NCBI RefSeq assembly: GCF_000143415.4
Contig: NW_003314358.1
Coordinates: 382,731 to 446,730 of the forward strand
DNA from: Selaginella moellendorffii
Lineage: Eukaryota > Plantae > Lycopodiophyta
Direction of reading: 5' to 3'
Length of the DNA stretch: 64,000 nucleotides
A model generated the notes under the pieces. The model did not search any database and was not told the origin of the DNA. It worked only from the letters and a program-made list of their open reading frames with translations. Each line of letters opens with the position of its first letter. Positions within the stretch are counted from its first letter, which is position 1. A program made the position numbers and the translations under genes. Below are positions 60,101 to 64,000 of the stretch, in pieces.

Positions 60101-61803
60101 CCAACGGGACGTTGCTGACGCCAAGGTCTCTACCCAGGAAATGGAGGTCGCCAATCCGGAAAGCGCCGACAACGCCGATAAGTATGACCAACTTCATCAC
60201 ACGCCCAGCAACAAACATCACGGCCATGACCACGTCCTCGCCCTTATTCTTGGACTCGAGTAGCAGCAGCATCAACCTCCATGGGAACAGGACCATCACT
60301 CATAGGAAGTGGAGCTGAAGGACATGTAGCGAGAAGTGGAAGAGGCGACGTCTCATAACGTTGTGCCAAGCGAAGAGCATCGTCAAGAGTGGCAGGAGCA
60401 AGTGTATGCACAAGTCTGACAAGATCTTGACGAAGTGCTGGCCACAACATTCCTAGCTTGATCCGCTCCAACATATTTGGCTCCGCATGAAGCAAAAGAC
60501 TTCGGAAACAAACGCCAAATTACATCACCGACTCAGATGGCCCTTGGTGAAGACGATGCAATTGTTGGAAGGCACCATCACAATTGTCGGCGTGTCCGAA
60601 GGCACGTTTGAATACGTCCGAAAGAACACTCCAATCGCCACGAGTGGCTGCGCTCAATCCATTATACCACTACATTGCCGTCCCTTGGAGACATGTGGGG
60701 AACTCATGCAAACGTCGAGCATCATCCCAAGAATGATATGTGGCAATCACCGTGAAGTGATCAAACCAATGATACACGTCATCCCCAGGATTCCCACGAA
60801 AAAACTCCGGCCGAACGCGAGGATTGGCACCAAGAGCAGGAGGAGTTGTGCCATGTGCCGTGAATGCTACCATCAACTGAGTTTGGTTGTTCAATTGCAA
60901 GCTATAAGCAACCAAAAAGAATGATTTGAGAGACGATCCATGGGGTTCAAATATAGAGGGAAAAGGCCCATGAATAAGAGTGCACCCTCTTTTCCAATCG
61001 GTTAAGGGTCTTGGGATATTTGGAGTTAAGCGTCCTTGGGTTTGAATAGTAATAGCAAGGCTCTCGGGAGAGCTGCAGCTCTCAGCTTCCGTTCACGAGG
61101 GCGTGAACTTGCAGGGAAGCGTGATGGATTGTAAGCAATCAAAAAGAACGATTTGAGAGACGACCCATGGGGTTCAAATATAAAGGGAAAGGGCCCATGA
61201 ATAAGAGTGCACCCCCTTCTCCAATCGGTTAAGGGTCTTGGGATATTTAGAGTTAAGTGTCCTTGGGTTTGAATAGTACTGGGCTGGGTGACTTTCCGGG
61301 AAGTCCAAACTCAAGAGCTTACACAAGTGTATAGCATCAAGCAATTGAACCAACTGCTGCTCTAGAGTCAAATGAGGAGATTGCAGATTGGCCATGAAGA
61401 TGAACGCAAAAGAAAGAGCAAAAGAAGAGAGATGACAAAAAGCTAGAAAGAAATGGTAGATCTAGACAATGCAAAAAGCTAGATTTAAACCAAAATCCTG
61501 AAAGGAAAGAACAAAAGAAAGGAAATGGAAAAAGCTAGATCTAAACAATGCAAAAGCTAGATCTAAACCGAAATCCTAAATCTAAGCACTCCCTAGGGAC
61601 AATCAAAGGTGCCCCTCACCTCCACCAATGTGAGTGCATGGAATATAGAAAGGGAATACAGAAATGTGCATATCAATTAACCCAAAAACCCTAGCTTATA
61701 TACAGGAGCGAGTGGTCTGGATTGAAACCAATCCAACGGCTACCAAAATCCCACTACGCTAATATTAGTATACGGCATCGTAACCGTACACTTGGCCCTC
61801 ATA
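57146..61803 (-). mobile_element. Family A Ty3/gypsy copy 2 with internal deletions
   Basis: Partial 3' LTR 57146-57276 and 5' LTR 61629-61803; PBS TGGTGGAGGTG. The protease and frameshift region (~620 bp) is deleted at ~60095; the empty family B site ATTGG is at 60823. Confidence 0.93.
60903..61323. mobile_element. 421-bp mini LTR element (TRIM-like or deletion derivative), family C
   Basis: Absent from family A copy 1. TSD CAAGC/CAAGT; termini T(A/G)TAAGC..GCTTACA; direct repeats 60903-61051 and 61130-61323. Confidence 0.8.
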
Positions 61804-62441
61804 GTATAAATATTCTTATTATCATATATTACATATTCCTTTTTTAATTATACCTTATGACATGTATATTACAAAAACAATATCAATTAAACATATACTC
61901 ACATTCTTTATATTTTTTTGTATTATAATCATATTTTTTGACATGTAGGACTTATTATGTATCCAATAATAAAAATAACAATACAGATTATAGTAACAAA
62001 AAACCTTAAAAGGGACACACTCCTCTGAAGCCGAGCACAAGCACGGTCAACTTCCTCCAGGTGGACTCAGGAGGAGCTGGGAACAAGTACGCGTTGGCCG
62101 TCTCCCAGAACATTAAGGGGCTGGAAGAAGCCAACTTGTCCCTGAGACTTGCGATGAAGAACTTATTCCAAAACGAGCTCCCAGCCGGACCTTAAAAGAC
62201 TATAGCTACAATTAACAGGTCATTTCTTGTATGAGAAGTATGTATGATTGGATTTGGACACTGACAATGTGCCGCGTTTGATTTCATATGAATGTTTTCT
62301 TACAATTTCCAGGAGTAATCCAAGGCACTGGTATCAGTGCCGTGTTATTCCGTCAGCTCAGCTCTCAAAAACATAAAGAAGAAGAGACAAACCTTTCCGA
62401 GATCGTTCGATCATCCGTAGCAAACGGATTTTCTGTGGTGG

Positions 62442-63930
62442 TCAGCTGGAAGGTGGTGCTGCTGGTGGGGGCTGCTTGGCGGATCTGAGCTCCAGGGGAC
62501 CACCAAGCTCGGCTTTGAGATCAAACATCCTCTCTAGAGCGTGCATGTTTTCCAGCGCCTCGTTCACCGTCCTGGTGTCACTGCCATCGCTTCTCATTGC
62601 ATGGGCCCGTGGAGCAGCTTGTTGACGATTCCCCGGCTGAGGTCCTCGATGAGCTTCCTGTTCTTCTTGTACAACTCGTCGCCTCCCATCTTCGCCAGGC
62701 ACTTCTCCAGCTTGCTGGTCCGGATCCTCTCCGCATAAGCTCCCTCCACGCCTCGAAGCTCCGGAGCTCCTCCTCGATAATGGTCTGGGCCTCCATGGCC
62801 TTCCTCCTCCTCTCTTCCTGGTTGGCGGTCACCACCTCTTTCAAGTCGTCCACATTGTAGAGCCTGACTCCGGAGACCTCAGCAACACAGGCCGCAACGT
62901 TCCGAGGGACCGAGATATCGATGAAGAACCTGGTTCCCAAAGGAGCAGCCGGGATCTTCTCAGCGTCACCTTTGTAGAAGAGTGGCTGGTCTGACGCTGT
63001 GCTCGTGAAGACAACGTCGGCCTCCCCGGCACATCTCATCATCTCGTCCAGAGACTGGTATTCGAGCGTGGAGTCTGGAAACTCGGTCATGTGCTGCTGC
63101 ATCCTGTCGACCACCACCATCTTGGTGCAGCCTTTGGAGATGAGGTGCTTGAATAGCAGCTTGGACATCTTCCCGGCACCGCCGATCATGACTTGAGCTG
63201 CGGAGAGCCCCCAAAGCTCGCAACTTTCATCGCTGCTAGCTCCACCACCGCGGAGCTCACCGACACCGCCCTGGCCGCAATGCTCGTTTCCGTCCGGACT
63301 CTCTTGCCAGCCGTGATCACCTGCTTGAAGAGCCCATTCAAGTTCCTGCCGAATCCGTTGGCACCCTGCCCGACCTTGAACACCTGCTTGACTTGCGCGA
63401 GAATCTGCCCCTTGCCCAGCACGCACCTTGAACAAATGCTGTGTCGCGTCTCGGTCGCGTAGTATGAACAAATGCTGCCGGTGTTCTTCCAGAGGAACTC
63501 CACTAGTCTACAAAAGGAAGTTTTTAAGACTCTAGCACCAAGAACTTGAGAGCTCACCTTGGACATCCACTCGGGTCACCTCCTTGACACCACGAGAGAG
63601 CCACCACGTAAATCTCCACGCGATTACACGTACTTAGAACTGCCGCCTCCTCTATATGGTTGTGAGCAACGAGCTTGCCAATAGCACATGGCCATTCCGC
63701 CTCTGGAACGGCCAACTTCTAACGTAGCTCCACTGAAGCTGTGTGGACATTCAATCCTATCACCAGAATGCTGCTCTTCTCACTAGTATATCCTGCCAAG
63801 AACACAATCCAATCCAATCTTATCAGCTCAATCCAATCTACCCGTGGAAGAACGAGAAGAAAAATAGGAAAGCTAAATGCACCGGCATTTCGGAGCTGTT
63901 CTAGAACTGCCAAGCTCGCAGCCTTGGCCC
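62442..63930 (-). pseudogene. HEMA: Glutamyl-tRNA reductase pseudogene
   Basis: [74 protein letters not shown] and LYNVDDL. Stop at 63719 plus several frameshifts and deletions. Confidence 0.9.
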
Positions 63931-64000
63931 TGTGACTGGGATAACTGCATCTATCATCTGTCTTGTTGCGCAAAAAAGCAATTCCAAGTTTTGCATGTGC

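Noticed and set aside
62030-62195. GC-richer coding-like island (VNFLQVDSGGAGNKYALAV..)
   Set aside because: No start codon and no recognisable family; cannot be called.

Overview
Plant nuclear DNA, most likely the lycophyte Selaginella (inferred from ~55-75 bp introns, very short intergenic spacers, a PLS-type PPR gene, a flagellar dynein-assembly gene and a Tcn1/Tf1-like chromovirus). Left part (1-19.6 kb): a Ca2+-ATPase relic, an AGCVIII kinase, MDM35, an acidic repeat protein, a J-domain protein, a PPR/WTF1 head-to-head pair, a dormancy/auxin-like gene, a UGT pseudogene, and a TMEM45/DUF716 gene with a decayed duplicate. At 22.4-33.0 kb a short-LTR Ty3/gypsy element (175-bp LTRs, 4-bp TSD, tRNA-Ala-like PBS) carries a nested chromovirus (387-bp LTRs). 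The chromovirus PBS is complementary to the predicted 5' end of its own RNA, which implies self-priming. Both families have a GGGAAAC slippery site plus hairpin for -1 frameshifting. At 33.6-47.5 kb CCS52/FZR sits head-to-head with DNAAF1/ODA7 across a 193-bp spacer containing an E2F site, followed by a tandem duplication of a DNAAF1+CCD1 unit. Each CCD1 copy has a captured CCS52/DNAAF1 promoter fragment upstream. Right part: a decayed Helitron, second copies of both retroelement families fused by a deletion, a 421-bp mini-LTR element, and a HEMA pseudogene. All calls come from reading and motif recognition only; no searches were run.
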